Assembly (NCBI GenBank): GCA_964511375.1 | Contig: CAZEEW010000002.1 | Coordinates: forward strand, 36,157-100,156 | Reading direction: 5' to 3' | DNA length: 64,000 bases | Source of the DNA: an uncultured Gammaproteobacteria bacterium | GTDB lineage: Bacteria; Patescibacteriota; Patescibacteriia; Magasanikbacterales; GWA2-37-8 | Shown here: one piece after another, positions 9,138 through 19,825 of the stretch | Position numbering within the stretch: the first letter of the stretch is position 1 | Layout of the letters: the number at the start of each line of letters is the position of its first letter | Notes under the pieces: model-generated | Seen by the model: the letters and a program-made list of their open reading frames with translations, nothing else | What the model was told of the DNA's origin: nothing | Databases searched by the model: none | Made by a program: the position numbers and the translations under genes

Positions 9138-9614
9138 ATGCGTGGAAATAATACTAAAAAGCGTGCTGTTCAACCAGACTTGAAATATGGTAATGTGAAC
9201 TTAGCACGGTTTATCAACTTCGTAATGCAAAACGGGAAAAAATCTGTTGCTCAACAGATCGTGTATTCCGCACTCGAAAAAGCTTCTCAAGAATTAAAGA
9301 AGGATGCTATTGCAATCTTTGATGAAGTGGTTCGCACAATTTCTCCTCAATTAGAAATTCGTACTCGTCGTGTTGGTGGTGCTAACTACCAAGTTCCAAT
9401 GCCGGTACGTGGTGACCGTCAGGTGGCTCTAGCTTTCCGTTGGATTATTGGCGCTGCTCGCAACAAGAAAGGCAAACCAATGGCAGATAAGCTAGCAACT
9501 GTTTTAGTTGAAAGCTTCCAGGGTGTTGGTGACGCTGTTAAAAAGCGTGATGATGTACATAGAATGGCTGAAGCTAACAAGGCTTTTGCCCACTTCGCCA
9601 ATTTCTCTCGCTAG
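9138..9614 (+). CDS. rpsG: 30S ribosomal protein S7
   Basis: Conserved S7 sequence, position after rpsL. Confidence 0.95.
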   Translation: MRGNNTKKRAVQPDLKYGNVNLARFINFVMQNGKKSVAQQIVYSALEKASQELKKDAIAIFDEVVRTISPQLEIRTRRVGGANYQVPMPVRGDRQVALAFRWIIGAARNKKGKPMADKLATVLVESFQGVGDAVKKRDDVHRMAEANKAFAHFANFSR

Positions 9615-9643
9615 AATAATTATTCAATTCATTTAAATTAATT

Positions 9644-11719
9644 ATGCCTCGAGAATTTAGTTTAGATAAAACTCGTAATATCGGTATTGCCGCGCACATT
9701 GATGCCGGTAAAACCACTACGACCGAACGTGTGCTTTTTTACACAGGTCGTAAACACAAAATTGGTGAGGTGCACGAAGGTGCGGCCGAAATGGACTGGA
9801 TGGAACAGGAAAAAGAACGCGGCATTACCATTACTTCCGCTGCGACTACTTGTTTTTGGAAAGATCACCGCATTAACATCATCGATACACCAGGTCACGT
9901 GGACTTTACTGTAGAAGTAGAACGTTCTTTGCGTGTATTGGATGGTGCAGTGGCTGTTTTCGATGGTTCACAAGGTGTTGAACCGCAGTCTGAAACTGTC
10001 TGGCATCAAGCAGATAAATATCACGTACCTCGTGTTTGTTTTATTAACAAAATGGACAAGATGGGCGCGGACTTTTACATGAGCTTGGATTCTATCCGGG
10101 AACGTTTGTCTCCAAATGCTTTTGCTATTCAGTTACCAATCGGTCAAGAAAGTTCCTTTAGTGGTATCATTGATCTTATTGAAGAAAAAGCTTACAAATT
10201 TGAGGGTATGAATGGTGAAAAAATGATAGAAATTGACATTCCTGAGGACATGAAGGAAAAAGTGAAAGATCATCGCCATAAAATGGTAGAAAAAGTGGCT
10301 GAAGCCTCTGACGATCTCATGACCAAGTATTTGAACGGTGAAGCCTTAAGCATTGAGGAAATTAAAGCTGGGATCCGTGCTTTGGTAGTTAAAAATGCCA
10401 TGCAACCAGTTATCTGTGGCTCTGCTTTAGCCAACATTGGTGTTCAATTAATGTTAGATTCGGTTGTTTGGTACTTACCATCACCATTGGACGTACCTCC
10501 AGTAAAAGGTATTAATCCAAATAATGAACAAGAAGAAGAAAGAAAAACCAGCGACGACGAATCGTTCTCTGCTCTAGCTTTCAAGATTGCCACTGACCCC
10601 TTCGTTGGTAAACTCGCTTTCTTCCGTGTTTATTCTGGTAAGATTTCTGCTGGTAGTTATTTATACAATGCCACGACTGGTAACAAGGAGCGCTTAGGTC
10701 GTATCGTCCGCATGCATGCTAATCATCGGGAAGACGTAACTGATGTTTACGCTGGTGAAATCGCTGCCGCCATTGGTTTGAAAGAAGTTACTACTGGTGA
10801 CACTTTGTGTGATGAGAATAAACCAATTGTTTTGGAAAAGATTACTTTCCCAGAACCGGTTATCTCAGTTGCGATCGAACCAAAAACCAAGGCTGACCAA
10901 GAAAAGATTGGCTTGGCTTTACAGAAATTGGCTGAAGAAGATCCAACCTTCAAAGTCCATACTGACGAAGAAACTCTCCAGACTATTATTTCTGGTATGG
11001 GTGAGTTGCACTTGGATATTATCGTTGACCGCATGAAACGCGAGTTTAAAGTAGAAGCCAACGTCGGTGCCCCACAGGTTGCTTACAAAGAAGCAATTAA
11101 GATGAGCGCTGAAGGTGAAGGTAAATACATTAAACAGTCTGGTGGTCGTGGTCAGTACGGTCATTGTTGGTTACGTGTTGAGCCACAGGAGCGCGGTAAA
11201 GGTTTTGAATTTATTGATGAAGTTAAAGGTGGTGTAGTTCCTCGTGAATACTTACCAGCGATTGAAAAAGGTGTCAAAGAATCCATTTCACGTGGTATCC
11301 AAGCTGGGTACCCGGTTGTAGATGTTAAAGTTACTTGTTTTGATGGTTCTTACCACGAAGTTGACTCTTCAGAAATGGCCTTTAAAATGGCCGGCTCCAT
11401 GGCTTTCCAGGATGCCTGCCATAAAGGTAATCCGGTAATATTGGAACCAATCATGAAGGTGGAAGTAGTCACACCAGAACAATATATGGGTGAAGTAATT
11501 GGTGACCTTAACTCCAAGCGAGGTCAGATTCAAGAAATGACTGATCGTGGCCAGATGAAAGTTGTTCGGGCCATGGTACCCTTGGCAAGCATGTTTGGTT
11601 ATGCCACCTCTTTACGCAGTATGTCTCAGGGTCGCGCTAGTTACGCAATGGAATTCGATCATTACGCTGACGTACCAAACAATGTTGCTCAACAGATTAT
11701 TGAGGGAAAGAAGAAATAG
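9644..11719 (+). CDS. fusA: Elongation factor G
   Basis: [32 protein letters not shown]; 691 aa. Confidence 0.95.
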   Translation: MPREFSLDKTRNIGIAAHIDAGKTTTTERVLFYTGRKHKIGEVHEGAAEMDWMEQEKERGITITSAATTCFWKDHRINIIDTPGHVDFTVEVERSLRVLDGAVAVFDGSQGVEPQSETVWHQADKYHVPRVCFINKMDKMGADFYMSLDSIRERLSPNAFAIQLPIGQESSFSGIIDLIEEKAYKFEGMNGEKMIEIDIPEDMKEKVKDHRHKMVEKVAEASDDLMTKYLNGEALSIEEIKAGIRALVVKNAMQPVICGSALANIGVQLMLDSVVWYLPSPLDVPPVKGINPNNEQEEERKTSDDESFSALAFKIATDPFVGKLAFFRVYSGKISAGSYLYNATTGNKERLGRIVRMHANHREDVTDVYAGEIAAAIGLKEVTTGDTLCDENKPIVLEKITFPEPVISVAIEPKTKADQEKIGLALQKLAEEDPTFKVHTDEETLQTIISGMGELHLDIIVDRMKREFKVEANVGAPQVAYKEAIKMSAEGEGKYIKQSGGRGQYGHCWLRVEPQERGKGFEFIDEVKGGVVPREYLPAIEKGVKESISRGIQAGYPVVDVKVTCFDGSYHEVDSSEMAFKMAGSMAFQDACHKGNPVILEPIMKVEVVTPEQYMGEVIGDLNSKRGQIQEMTDRGQMKVVRAMVPLASMFGYATSLRSMSQGRASYAMEFDHYADVPNNVAQQIIEGKKK

Positions 11720-11735
11720 CCTCTTAAACGATGAA

Positions 11736-11764
11736 AGCCTCGCATTGAGCGGGGCTTTTCTTTT
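11736..11764 (+). terminator. Rho-independent terminator after fusA (aagcctcgc-attga-gcggggctt-TTTT)
   Basis: Stem-loop + T-run; near-identical copy at 12461-12487. Confidence 0.7.
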
Positions 11765-11827
11765 GCAACTCTCTTGTTGACTTAAGAAAAATATTTTATA
11801 CTATGACCGTAACTAATTTAGGATATT

Positions 11828-12457
11828 ATGGGAGATAAGCCAGCATTTTTTGGAGACAGAATCCACAACGCACTGGATCAGAAAGAAATTCAATACGAAA
11901 TTAAGACCCCGCCCGTCTGGTATATACAGGGCTCTTATGTCTTGGACAAAATATTTGGTGTACGTTTAGCGAGAGATGTAGACATTTTTGCCCCACAAGG
12001 AGGCAGCCCGCCTCAATTAGAAACTATTGATGATCTGCCTGTCCACCTGACTGAGGTCGGGGATAAATCATATTTTCCGCCTGTGCTTGGCACGTATAAT
12101 ACTGACCGCTATCTGCTTGATCCTGCTGGGCAGGTTATAAAACCAAGCGGTTTCCCGGAGCGGCCCATAAGATTAGAGTTGTTGCCCGGGAGAAAATTAA
12201 GTATTGTTAACGTTGTCCGTGGAGTTAAGGTTTGTAAAAGGTATGGTTTAGAATACTCTCCTGAATTAAAAGATGAGATGACTAAGTCACTACGCAAATT
12301 ACTAAGTAAACAATCGATGGCGATGCTCATGATATTTAGCGAATCAGATTTGGCTGAATTTATTAAAGAAACTGTTGAAGCAGAAACTTCTGAAGAAGAG
12401 AGAGGAAAAGTTTGGCAGGAAATGATAGCCTTGTGCCCGAAATTAGCTAGTAAATAA
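11828..12457 (+). CDS. Nucleotidyltransferase-fold (Pol beta superfamily-like) protein, hypothetical
   Basis: GS-x12-DVD motif (GSYVLDKIFGVRLARDVDIF) typical of minimal NTase fold. Confidence 0.45.
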   Translation: MGDKPAFFGDRIHNALDQKEIQYEIKTPPVWYIQGSYVLDKIFGVRLARDVDIFAPQGGSPPQLETIDDLPVHLTEVGDKSYFPPVLGTYNTDRYLLDPAGQVIKPSGFPERPIRLELLPGRKLSIVNVVRGVKVCKRYGLEYSPELKDEMTKSLRKLLSKQSMAMLMIFSESDLAEFIKETVEAETSEEERGKVWQEMIALCPKLASK

Positions 12458-12460
12458 ATC

Positions 12461-12487
12461 AAAGCCCCGCATTGTGCGGGGCTTTTG
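12461..12487. terminator. Bidirectional terminator (gccccgc-attgt-gcggggc), near-identical to the fusA terminator
   Basis: Perfect 7-bp GC stem + T-run; 24/26 identical to 11736-11761. Confidence 0.7.
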
Positions 12488-12793
12488 TTAGGCCGCTTCC
12501 TTGTTCTCTTCATCATCTGGACTTGAGACATCTGGATCTAATTCCAGTTCTTCATTTTCATCGTTTCCTGGTCCACCGAAAGCATCGCGCCTCAAACTTT
12601 CCTCTGTATCTTCATCATCAAACATCTCGTCTAGACTTTTCCCTGGCACTTCCGTACTTTTCAACTCGTGAACTGCTTTTTGTAAAGGTGTTTCTTTTCT
12701 TTTGGCACCGGGTATTTCTGGTGGTAATTCAGAGGTATCAAAAATCTCGTCTATAGATTTTCCTAGTTTAGGCTCACCATTTTTTCTTAGCAT
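12488..12793 (-). CDS. Small acidic protein with internal repeat (GKSIDEIFD… / GKSLDEMFD…)
   Basis: ORF with two ~35-aa acidic repeats; no known motif. Confidence 0.4.
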   Translation of the reverse strand: MLRKNGEPKLGKSIDEIFDTSELPPEIPGAKRKETPLQKAVHELKSTEVPGKSLDEMFDDEDTEESLRRDAFGGPGNDENEELELDPDVSSPDDEENKEAA

Positions 12794-12798
12794 ATAAA

Positions 12799-13770
12799 TT
12801 ATTTTAAAAATACATTACGAATAACTTGGTCGATTTCGACTTCGTTAATAAGAATATCATCAACCGGAAAATCATTCAAGAGTTTTATGGCAACTTGTTT
12901 CGCTTCTGTCTTTGGCACTTCTAAAACCGTTCGCTGCGGTGTTTTTTCTTTAATATTCCCTAATTTCTCTAAAGAACTATTTTGAATAGGTTCAGTAAAG
13001 GTCACTTCCAAAACTTTGTGATGTACGTATTGGTCGATTAATTTTCTTAGTCCACCATCGTAAATAATATTACCGTGATTAACAATGATTACCCTTTCAC
13101 ACAAAGCTTCAACATCTTCCATATAATGCGAAGTGAGTACGATCGTAATCTTTTTTTCTCTGTTGTACTTTTTTAAGAATTCTCTAATGTTGTTTTGAGA
13201 TATCACATCCAAACCAATCGTCGGCTCGTCCAAGAATAATACCTTGGGGGAATGAATTAAGGCCGCAACTAACTCACATTTCATTCTTTGGCCTAAAGAT
13301 AATTTACGAACTGGAATATCTAAGATGTCTTTAATATCTAGCAAAGTCGTTAATTCCTCTAAGGTTTGTTCAAACTGTTTTTTTGGTATTTCGTAAATTT
13401 CTTTGTTTAAAATAAAACTTTCCATGGCTGGTAAATCCCACCATAGCTGGTTTTTCTGACCCATGACTAGAGCAAATTGTTTCTGGAATTCTGCCTGTCG
13501 TTTCCAAGGAGTAAAGCCTAACACTTTCGCCTCTCCCGAGGTGGGGTAAAGAATACCGGAAAGCATTTTCAGTGTCGTCGTTTTACCGGCACCATTTGGT
13601 CCTAAGAAACCCACCATCTCTCCTTCTTGAATAGTAAAGTCTATTTGTTTTACTGCTTCAGTATAAAGTTTTTGTCGATGGAATAAACTTTTGACTGAGT
13701 TCCACAGCCCAGCTTGTTTTTTGTAATATTCGTAGGTTTTAGATAAACCTTTAACTTCAATAATCGCCAT
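12799..13770 (-). CDS. ABC transporter ATP-binding protein
   Basis: Walker A GPNGAGKTT, signature LSLGQ, Walker B LFLDEPT. Confidence 0.9.
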   Translation of the reverse strand: MAIIEVKGLSKTYEYYKKQAGLWNSVKSLFHRQKLYTEAVKQIDFTIQEGEMVGFLGPNGAGKTTTLKMLSGILYPTSGEAKVLGFTPWKRQAEFQKQFALVMGQKNQLWWDLPAMESFILNKEIYEIPKKQFEQTLEELTTLLDIKDILDIPVRKLSLGQRMKCELVAALIHSPKVLFLDEPTIGLDVISQNNIREFLKKYNREKKITIVLTSHYMEDVEALCERVIIVNHGNIIYDGGLRKLIDQYVHHKVLEVTFTEPIQNSSLEKLGNIKEKTPQRTVLEVPKTEAKQVAIKLLNDFPVDDILINEVEIDQVIRNVFLK

Positions 13771-13793
13771 ATGGTTTGGTTAGATTACTTTTA

Positions 13794-14587
13794 CTAAATG
13801 CCCACTCCCTCATATTTCTTAATACCAAAATGCCATGTGATTTTGATTGCAATAAATAAAATGCCGATCCACATTACTTCGATACCGATCCCTTTCCAAG
13901 CAGTTACTAGAGGCATCCTCCCTAAAAAGATTTGGGCAGGTACAAAGAAACTGTAGGCAAAAGGTAAGAAAAAACTCATAGTAACAAACCAAGTCGGTAA
14001 AAGATTGAGAGGAAAATATCCACCAGCAAAGAAACGGCGCAGGCGTAAGATAATAGTATTCAACCCATGTACTTCATCCTGCCAAAAGTAATAAGACCCG
14101 TAAGATATGAAATGAACATTTCAATTATAAATGATAACGCTACCATTATTAGTATTGTTATAATTACAATTGGATCACTATTTAATTTCAGTCGATCGAG
14201 AAAAAATAAAGTAATGACTAATTGTGTTGTAAAGGCAAGAATAGTTACTAGACCAATCCGACCGATTTCTCGAACTAAAATATATCTAAAATAGCTAATC
14301 GGTTTTAATATATGAGTAGTTAAAAGACCTTCTTTGATATCTCTGGCGACAACTTCATAAAGGAAGTTACGAATTGCGACTGAAATAAGATTGCCAATCA
14401 ATAAATAGGTTAGCATCTCTGGTAGAGTGTACCCACCAATAATATTATTTCCCTGATATATTGCTGACCACATTAATATAACAATGAGCATCTCAGCGAT
14501 ATCACCGAAACGATAAGCCACTATGTCAAAGCGGTAAGTTAACGAACGCTGGAATGCCATTTTGATGATCGTTGCATTTTTGCTCAT
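13794..14587 (-). pseudogene. ABC-2 family permease, third paralog, split by a -1 frameshift at ~14060 (N-part 14060-14587, C-part 13794-14063)
   Basis: 175-aa + 89-aa ORFs overlap by 4 nt; C-part ends GIKKYEGVGI like paralogs (…GIKKYSSEGI, …LKKYSSASS); combined ~264 aa vs 261/265 aa paralogs. Confidence 0.55.
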
Positions 14588-14588
14588 A

Positions 14589-15374
14589 CTAACTCGACGC
14601 GCTTGAATATTTTTTTAAGCTATTATTCCAAAACAGAATTGATCCGTAAATCCAAAGACCGGTAATTAAAAAAGCCAGTAATATATTTTGCCAGCTTAAT
14701 AATCCTAATAGCCCTTTCACGGGGAAAGCCACAATTACGAAAATAGGCAGGATGAAAGTAAAAAAGAATTGAAACGCTGAGTTAAATATTTCCGGTGGAA
14801 AGCTGCCAAGATACAACCCACGACGATACAGCCATATGACACTATCACTTTCTTCGGTCCTAATTGTAATAGCGGCTGTTAAAACATGCATGCCCATTAC
14901 AATTATCATTCCTAATATAATGAGTAATATGTACCATGCCATTTCCGCCCATCCCCAAGTAAGAGGTAACCTCTGGATTACTAGTATTGTGAGTACAATT
15001 AAAATAGAGCTGAAAATAATATCTAGTAGGTCGGTTAAACGGGAGAGGATGTAGAAAAGAGTGTTTACGGGTTTTGGTAAAAGATAATCCAATTGTCCTC
15101 GCTGGATATCGTTTTTAAATACATATACACCACGGAACAAAGCTTGGGCTAATGAATCGATGAGGTTAAATGTTAAAAAGAAAAGCAAGGCTTCGTATTT
15201 ACCGTAGCCAGAGATATTGTCGGTAAAACGAAAGATGGAAAAGATCATGAGGGCGAAGAAACCAAAACGTATAATTTTGCCAATAAAATAGCTTACCGTA
15301 TCAATACGATTTGTCGCATAGCTCATGAAAGCACAGTTGGTAAGTTGTACCCAGACTCGAACGTGTTTAATCAT
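14589..15374 (-). CDS. ABC-2 family transporter permease (paralog 2)
   Basis: 6 TM hydrophobic protein, C-terminal …LKKYSSASS shared motif, adjacent to ABC ATPase. Confidence 0.75.
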   Translation of the reverse strand: MIKHVRVWVQLTNCAFMSYATNRIDTVSYFIGKIIRFGFFALMIFSIFRFTDNISGYGKYEALLFFLTFNLIDSLAQALFRGVYVFKNDIQRGQLDYLLPKPVNTLFYILSRLTDLLDIIFSSILIVLTILVIQRLPLTWGWAEMAWYILLIILGMIIVMGMHVLTAAITIRTEESDSVIWLYRRGLYLGSFPPEIFNSAFQFFFTFILPIFVIVAFPVKGLLGLLSWQNILLAFLITGLWIYGSILFWNNSLKKYSSASS

Positions 15375-16168
15375 ATGCCTTCACTGGAATATTTTTTAAT
15401 TCCCGAATTAAACATCAGTCTATTTAGGCCTACTAAAATTATTAGCCACATCACACCGCCAAAAATGTAAAAAGGCATGTCAGTAAGTATTCCTTTTTTG
15501 AGGAAGATCATGAGTGGGTGGTAGATCATGTAGATGAAAGGTAGTTTATGTAGAATGGAAAAGAAAATCCCACCAGTTAAAATTGAGATTGGGAAATATG
15601 CTCCAGAAGCAAATTCCAGGATCCATTCAAATAAAAATCGCGGCCCCATTGCTTCGCGTGACCAAAAGGCTAGATAATTAAGTAGAGTGCTAAAAAAGAA
15701 GTAAAGTAACTGAGCAAGAATGATCGCCAGGATAAAATAAAACCAGGTTGTGTAACTGGTTGGTATAAACCAGTCAACCTTAAGAAGATAGGTTAAGATT
15801 AGTGTTTCAACTATGGCCGCTAAAGTTCCTACCAGGCGTTCTGCTAATTCTTCAAAATAATAGAAGGCTACAGAATTAAATGGTTTAACCAAATTGACAG
15901 AGTACGTACCTTTGTTGATATCACTCGCCATGCGCCTAGTTTGGCTGCCAAAAACAAAAGCCCGAAGGATGTTTACTAGAAGAACGTAAGTAGCGATTTC
16001 TTCCGGTGTAAACCCAGCAAATCGGCCGGTTTGGCGAGCGAGGGTGACCCAGAGGAAGTACAAAAGAAGAATAGTAACTAAACCTTGCAATCGGCCAATA
16101 AGAAAATTAAGTCGGTAGGCGAAAATCGATCCAATCCGATTCTTAAAAACTAGCCAGTATTTGTTCAT
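15371..16168 (-). CDS. ABC-2 family transporter permease (paralog 1)
   Basis: Polytopic membrane protein, C-terminal GIKKYSSEGI. Confidence 0.75.
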   Translation of the reverse strand: MNKYWLVFKNRIGSIFAYRLNFLIGRLQGLVTILLLYFLWVTLARQTGRFAGFTPEEIATYVLLVNILRAFVFGSQTRRMASDINKGTYSVNLVKPFNSVAFYYFEELAERLVGTLAAIVETLILTYLLKVDWFIPTSYTTWFYFILAIILAQLLYFFFSTLLNYLAFWSREAMGPRFLFEWILEFASGAYFPISILTGGIFFSILHKLPFIYMIYHPLMIFLKKGILTDMPFYIFGGVMWLIILVGLNRLMFNSGIKKYSSEGI

Positions 16169-16171
16169 AAC

Positions 16172-17725
16172 TTAAATTAGCGATTGGCTTGTCATTTCCT
16201 GGGGTTGATCTAAACCAAGTAGAGCGAGAATAGTTGGAGCAATCTGGTTTAAATAACCAGTTTGAGGAAGATTAAGGCCAGGTTTGGTAATGACCAACGG
16301 TACGTGGTTGAAGGTGTGAGCCGTATGAGGTTCCTCTCCGCTCCACATACTTTCGATGTTGCCGTGGTCAGCGGTAATAACCATAGTATATCCCAATTCC
16401 TCTGCCTTGGGAACTATGGAAGACAAAGCTTTATCAACTAATTGTACAGCTGTGGCCGCCGCTGTCATATCTCCACTGTGGCCAACCATGTCTCCATTTG
16501 CGATATTACAGACAATTAGAGAAAACTCATTGCGTTCAATTACGCGCAGTAAGCTGTTCGTTACTTCCGGTAAACTCATTTCTGGATTAGAAGCATAATT
16601 CATGAGACCAAGTGACGGAACCACTAATCTTTCTTCGCCTGGGAAAACGTCTTCGCGTCCGCCATTAAAGAAGTAGGTGATGTGAGCATATTTCTCTGTC
16701 TCGGCTACTCGGAATTGTTTTAATCCTTTTTTGCTTACCCACTCGCCGATGGTGTTAAGGGGAAGCTCATTGGGGAATAACACAGCTACGTTAGTGAAAT
16801 CTTTATCGTATTCAATTAGACTCGCTAAATACAGATTACTTGGTATCTGTAGAGTGTTTTGCACAGTATGTGGTGCACGTTTTGTAAGTAGGCGCACTAA
16901 TTGTCTCATGCGGTCAGCACGGAAATTGAAGAAAATAACGGCGTCGTTTTCTTTAACCACGTCATCACTAAAGCGTGTTGGCTGGATAAACTCGTCAGTG
17001 ATTTCCTCAGAGTATTGGCTGTCTAAGAATACCTCTGGCTTAACTAAAACCAACTCATCTTGTTCGGTCATCGCCTTATAAACAGTCGTGGTTCGATCCC
17101 AGTTTTCACTACGATCCATCGCAATCGCTCGGCCAGTCATTGTCGCAATTCTAATCCCTTCAGACAGGTGGGGCTTTAACGTTTCCAACAATTTTCTAGC
17201 GCTTTTCGGCGCCATGTCGCGGCCATCTAAGAATAAGTGAATCGCGGTTTTCAGGTTGTTATCCTTTGCCCACTCGACTAGGGCAATAATATGATTAATG
17301 TGTGAGTGGATGCCACCGTCGCTAAATAATCCTGCTAGATGCAGTATTCCCTTGTTTAGAGTTAAATGTTTTTTAACCTCTTCTAATTTTGGATTCGTTT
17401 TAAAAGTATTAGTTTCAATTGCGTTGTCGATTTTCGCCGCATTCTGGTAGATAATTCTGCCTGCACCCATGGTCATATGCCCTACTTCCGAACCAGACAA
17501 GCATCCTTTCGGTAAGCCCACTGATTCCTCTTTGGCATGTAAGACCGTGTTGGGGTAATTTTTGAGTAGCTCATTCCAGAATTTTGGTTGAGTTTGAAAA
17601 ATAGCATTGTGTTCATTGTTTTCACCGGTTCCCCAACCGTCTAAAATTAATAAGATTACTTTCTTGTCCCCCAGTTTTTTATGACTCATAAATATATTAG
17701 ATTTTAAACCTGACAGTGAGGGCAA
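16172..17725 (-). CDS. gpmI: 2,3-bisphosphoglycerate-independent phosphoglycerate mutase
   Basis: ILDGWG, 517 aa iPGM architecture, Mn-binding DHGN. Confidence 0.9.
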   Translation of the reverse strand: MPSLSGLKSNIFMSHKKLGDKKVILLILDGWGTGENNEHNAIFQTQPKFWNELLKNYPNTVLHAKEESVGLPKGCLSGSEVGHMTMGAGRIIYQNAAKIDNAIETNTFKTNPKLEEVKKHLTLNKGILHLAGLFSDGGIHSHINHIIALVEWAKDNNLKTAIHLFLDGRDMAPKSARKLLETLKPHLSEGIRIATMTGRAIAMDRSENWDRTTTVYKAMTEQDELVLVKPEVFLDSQYSEEITDEFIQPTRFSDDVVKENDAVIFFNFRADRMRQLVRLLTKRAPHTVQNTLQIPSNLYLASLIEYDKDFTNVAVLFPNELPLNTIGEWVSKKGLKQFRVAETEKYAHITYFFNGGREDVFPGEERLVVPSLGLMNYASNPEMSLPEVTNSLLRVIERNEFSLIVCNIANGDMVGHSGDMTAAATAVQLVDKALSSIVPKAEELGYTMVITADHGNIESMWSGEEPHTAHTFNHVPLVITKPGLNLPQTGYLNQIAPTILALLGLDQPQEMTSQSLI

Positions 17726-18564
17726 AAATGTGTCCCACGACCAACCAGGCGTACTTTTTTAATGATATGTTTTTTACATTTTTTACATTTTTTATTGCCT
17801 CGTCCATAGACATTGAGAAAATCATAATGTTTACCTTTTTGTCCCTTTAGATCAATGTAATTGCTAAAACTTGTTCCTCGGTTTTTAATTCCTAGTTCCA
17901 GTACCCTCCTACAAGCCGCATGCAGTTTTCTAACCTCATAGTCATTTAAAGATCTAGCTGTACGGTCTGGTAAAACTCCAGCGAAGAAGCATGCTTCATC
18001 GGCATAAATATTACCGAGGCCAGCAATCAGTGTTTGGTCTAAAAGTAAAGCCTTTAGTTTTGTTTTTCTTTTTTTTAATAAGTTTTTAAAGTAAGCCAGA
18101 GTAAATTTGTGATCTATTGGTTCAATACCAAATCTAGCGCGCGCTTTTTGTAGACCAACGTCATCGACAACTTGCATGAATCCGAATCGCCGCAAGTCAT
18201 TAAAATACAGTTTTGCCCCGCTGGAAAAACTGAAAACTACCCGGGTAAACTTATTTGGTAAACTGGCTTCAATATTTGTAAAAGGATGCCCACCAGAAAG
18301 ACGTTTCTTTTTTTCTTCCAAAATAAACTGACCAGTCATCTTTAAATGAGTGAGCAAATACTGGTCCTCTTGTAAAACAAAAATTAAGAGCTTACCAACA
18401 CGGTCGATTCTTTTGAAGCAGTTATTAAAAACAGGTTTTTTAAAATCACTAATTTTACCACGGATAGTTTGTGGAGACAGTACTTCAAGAGAAGTAATTT
18501 TTTTATTCAATATATGTGCTTCTAAGTCTCGACGAATTGTTTCGACTTCTGGCAATTCAGGCAT
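17704..18564 (-). CDS. mutM: Formamidopyrimidine-DNA glycosylase
   Basis: N-terminal MPELPEVETIRR, C-terminal zinc finger CxxC…CPHCQ. Confidence 0.9.
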   Translation of the reverse strand: MPELPEVETIRRDLEAHILNKKITSLEVLSPQTIRGKISDFKKPVFNNCFKRIDRVGKLLIFVLQEDQYLLTHLKMTGQFILEEKKKRLSGGHPFTNIEASLPNKFTRVVFSFSSGAKLYFNDLRRFGFMQVVDDVGLQKARARFGIEPIDHKFTLAYFKNLLKKRKTKLKALLLDQTLIAGLGNIYADEACFFAGVLPDRTARSLNDYEVRKLHAACRRVLELGIKNRGTSFSNYIDLKGQKGKHYDFLNVYGRGNKKCKKCKKHIIKKVRLVGRGTHFCPHCQV

Positions 18565-18741
18565 ATAGTTTATTAAATAACCAGTTAATCATATTACTGT
18601 AAAGACAGAAAAAAATCAACAATTTTTTCATTAAAAAGTCAAATTTATGGTCCACTAGCGTTGACTTATTGTACACCTGGGTTACTGTACTAAAATGGTA
18701 TGACTTCGTAGTCCCAGCGCAAGCTGGGGGAGGAGTACAAC

Positions 18742-19656
18742 ATGTGGTGGGTTTTCGTGGCTGCCGTTTCGGCTGCTGTCGGTCAGCCTCCTGACGAGTG
18801 TTGGCAACCGGCCCGAGCCGCGCTGGAATCAGTCGGCGCTGTCTGGACCGGCACGCAGCCAGACGACACCCGTGTCGGCTGCCGTGAGGTGGTCGACGGA
18901 ATGTGGGGATCCTGGGAGTACACTGAGGAGAAGCTGGCCCGCTCAGCCGAAAGAGACGGTTGTCGTGGAGCCAGAGTGCTCCATAGGAGCTATGCTGCTG
19001 GACCCGCCGGGTGCAGTGTCATCTGTGTGCGCCTCAAGTGTTACGCCGAGGATGTTGACCTGGCGCCGGAGATGGAGACCGGCATCGACGAAGTCACGCT
19101 CCTCGCTCTCCTCAGGAAATCGGAACCTGAGGAGCAGCTTCCTGAGGAAGACGACTACGCATCTCTGGAGGCTGCTTCGGAAGAAGCGGTCCACCCAGAC
19201 GAGGAGGAGCTTGTTCCTCCAGACCCTCCGTCTTCGGAGGATCCAGCTCGGCTCGCCGGCGACATGACTGGGCTGGCGGTTCTCCTCGAGAGACAGTCCG
19301 GGTCGTCCGAGACTGAGATGCGCTTTCCTCGTCGGAACGCGAAGCTGGCTCAGCCGGTGTATGAGCCGGAGCCTATCGCTGACTCGGTCGTGGCCGAGGC
19401 GAATCCTCAGCCAATTGCGATACTCGAGCAGGCTCCCTCAGTGCCGGAGTCCCCGCTGCCGGCTGCTTCCCCCGAACTTCGTGCGTTCCAGGTGGAGATT
19501 GGGGGTATGATCGACGAATTTCGCCGCTCGCGTGAGTCTCTCAGGGAGAAGCGGCGGGAGATGCGGGAACGTTCCCGCGCCATTCGCGATGACTGGCGGC
19601 GCAAGCGTGACGCTTTGCGTTTCCAGACTCGCCAACTCGGGGCAGCGCGTCCTTGA
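18742..19656 (+). CDS. GC-rich islet 2: 304-aa Pro/Glu/Arg-rich hypothetical protein
   Basis: ~63% GC block 18716-19735; GGAGG 8 nt upstream of ATG while native genes lack SD; hairpins after stop; no recognised domain. Confidence 0.4.
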   Translation: MWWVFVAAVSAAVGQPPDECWQPARAALESVGAVWTGTQPDDTRVGCREVVDGMWGSWEYTEEKLARSAERDGCRGARVLHRSYAAGPAGCSVICVRLKCYAEDVDLAPEMETGIDEVTLLALLRKSEPEEQLPEEDDYASLEAASEEAVHPDEEELVPPDPPSSEDPARLAGDMTGLAVLLERQSGSSETEMRFPRRNAKLAQPVYEPEPIADSVVAEANPQPIAILEQAPSVPESPLPAASPELRAFQVEIGGMIDEFRRSRESLREKRREMRERSRAIRDDWRRKRDALRFQTRQLGAARP

Positions 19657-19825
19657 AGGGGCAGCTGTCCTTCGCCCCTCGATCTGAGGTATCGGGTCGA
19701 GGGCTGTGTCACGAGCGTCAAATGTTTTGGCTCTGGTGAAACCGTATTCATACACAGTTAATACACACAATTTTCGTTGACGAGACGATATATTTTGTTA
19801 TAATGATGAGGTAATTATTGAATTT

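Noticed and set aside
9662-11164. Antisense or alternative-frame ORFs inside fusA, tuf, the ribosomal protein genes, topA, der and others (for example 9662-9898 -, 10747-11061 -, 24891-25115 -, 30491-30877 -, 31030-31365 -)
   Set aside because: Shadow ORFs within highly conserved genes. They have no independent start context or conservation signal.
18872-19770. Additional overlapping ORFs in islet 2 (18872-19267 +, 18943-19194 -, 19407-19751 -, 19438-19770 -) and in islet 1 (8249-8533 -, 8309-8500 +, 8374-8583 +)
   Set aside because: GC-rich DNA is stop-codon-poor, so multiple open frames arise by chance. Only the frame with SD+ATG was kept, and even that at modest confidence.
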